This document shows positions 24,887-25,726 of a DNA stretch of 25,726 bases, piece after piece. Position 1 is the first letter of the stretch. Each line of letters opens with the position of its first letter. The DNA comes from Utricularia gibba (taxonomy: Eukaryota > Plantae > Magnoliophyta). The notes beneath the pieces were generated by a model. It made no database searches. It had not been told where the DNA came from and saw nothing but the letters and a program-made list of their open reading frames with translations. Both the position numbers and the translations under genes were made by a program. The stretch lies in assembly GCA_002189035.1 (NCBI GenBank), contig NEEC01000097.1, positions 1 through 25,726 on the forward strand. The letters are read 5' to 3'.

Positions 24887-25398
24887 CCATGTCTCTAGTG
24901 GCTATTTGATTCTTTTGCCTTGTATGTTGTTCGCATCAATTTCGAGAACATGAAGCACATTATTAAATGCAGTCACCACGGAATGCCACGTGAGACACCT
25001 TTCGTTGTGGCCCTTTTTTAATATGTCCACAGTTATCGGACAAACGTAACTCCAAATTATAATACTTGGAGCTCGAAAAGGGCTTCCCAACAGTGTGCTA
25101 TGAAGAGCAAGGATCTGCATGTTATGCAAGAGGTGCTTCGCGGACCAGGATGTGCGACGTAGTCATTTCATTGCGCATCACATTCGGGAAAAAATCACAC
25201 GTGCACGGATTAAAAATAAATATTTACGCATATCCAGAGTATAACATATAAGTGATGCCACGAAATTCATGATGTAACATGTGACTTTTTTCCATCTTGA
25301 TCGCATATCCGATGAAGTTTGACACCATATGTTTTGGCTGTTGATTGATTCAATAGTTGCTATGATACTTCTGATTCTTGATGCACCATTCCCATACA
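24887..25398 (+). repeat. A/B mosaic monomer with multiple deletions (512 bp)
   Basis: A head and tail with B alleles GTGCTTCGC and CCAGAG. Deletions occur at CATTCGGG-AAAAAATC, CACGGATTAAAA and GAGTATAACATATAAG. Confidence 0.8.
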
Positions 25399-25726
25399 CC
25401 ATGTCTCTAGTGGCTATTTGATTCTTTTGCCGTGTATCCCATTTGCATCAATGTCGAGAACGAGAAGCACATTCTTAGACGCAGCACCAAGAAAGGACAC
25501 CTAAGACACTTTTCGTTGTGGCTTGTTTTAATATGTCCACAGTTATCGGACAAACGTAACTCCAAATTATAATACTTGGAGCTCGAAAAGGGCTTCCCAA
25601 CAGTGTGCTATGAAGAGCAAGGATCTGCATGTTATGCAAGAGGTGCTTCGCGGACCAGGATGTGCGACGTAGTCATTTCATTGCGCATCATCATTCGGGG
25701 TGCATCCTAAAAATCACACGTGCACG

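Larger units (their letters stand above)
1..25726. repeat. Tandem satellite-like array; dimeric higher-order repeat with a 1059-bp unit (A 536 bp + B 523 bp), about 24 dimers, truncated at both window edges
   Basis: The same core (…GGAGCTCGAAAAGGGCTTCCCAACAGTGTG…) recurs 49 times, alternately 536 and 523 bp apart. Identical ORFs recur at 1059-bp steps (ends at 12847, 13906, 14965 … 22378). The window starts and ends inside a B monomer. Confidence 0.98.

Noticed and set aside
457-25129. Repeated minus-strand 75-aa ORFs (MHNMQILAL…) as real genes
   Set aside because: They start at TTG, resemble no family I know, and show mostly non-synonymous A/B differences (4 of 23 changes silent). They recur only because the DNA repeats.
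1-25726. CRISPR array or constant-repeat/variable-spacer system
   Set aside because: Units are about 530 bp, the variable parts exist in only two alternating versions rather than unique spacers, and no cas genes are present.

Overview
The whole 25.7-kb window is one head-to-tail tandem array with no unique flanking DNA. It is a dimeric higher-order repeat (HOR) of 1059 bp, built from two alternating related monomers: A (536 bp) and B (523 bp). By manual alignment they are about 92% identical (43 substitutions plus one 20-vs-7 bp block). There are 49 monomer cores (25 B, 24 A), or about 24 dimers. From about 11,550 to 22,780 the period is exactly 1059 bp. Both ends carry small indels and A/B-mosaic monomers, and 22,954-23,371 is a scrambled patchwork of repeat fragments; these look like long-read consensus artefacts. 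No intact gene, RNA gene, transposase or CRISPR array is supported, and the repeated 60-90 aa ORFs in the track are most likely spurious. The most interesting signal is one the ORF track largely missed. One + strand frame in every intact monomer encodes a canonically spaced C2H2 zinc finger (CMLCKRCFADQDVRRSHFIAH), and A/B substitutions fall preferentially on third codon positions. This suggests the satellite was amplified from a protein-coding fragment or encodes a small spliced peptide. Organism and repeat family cannot be identified from the sequence alone.
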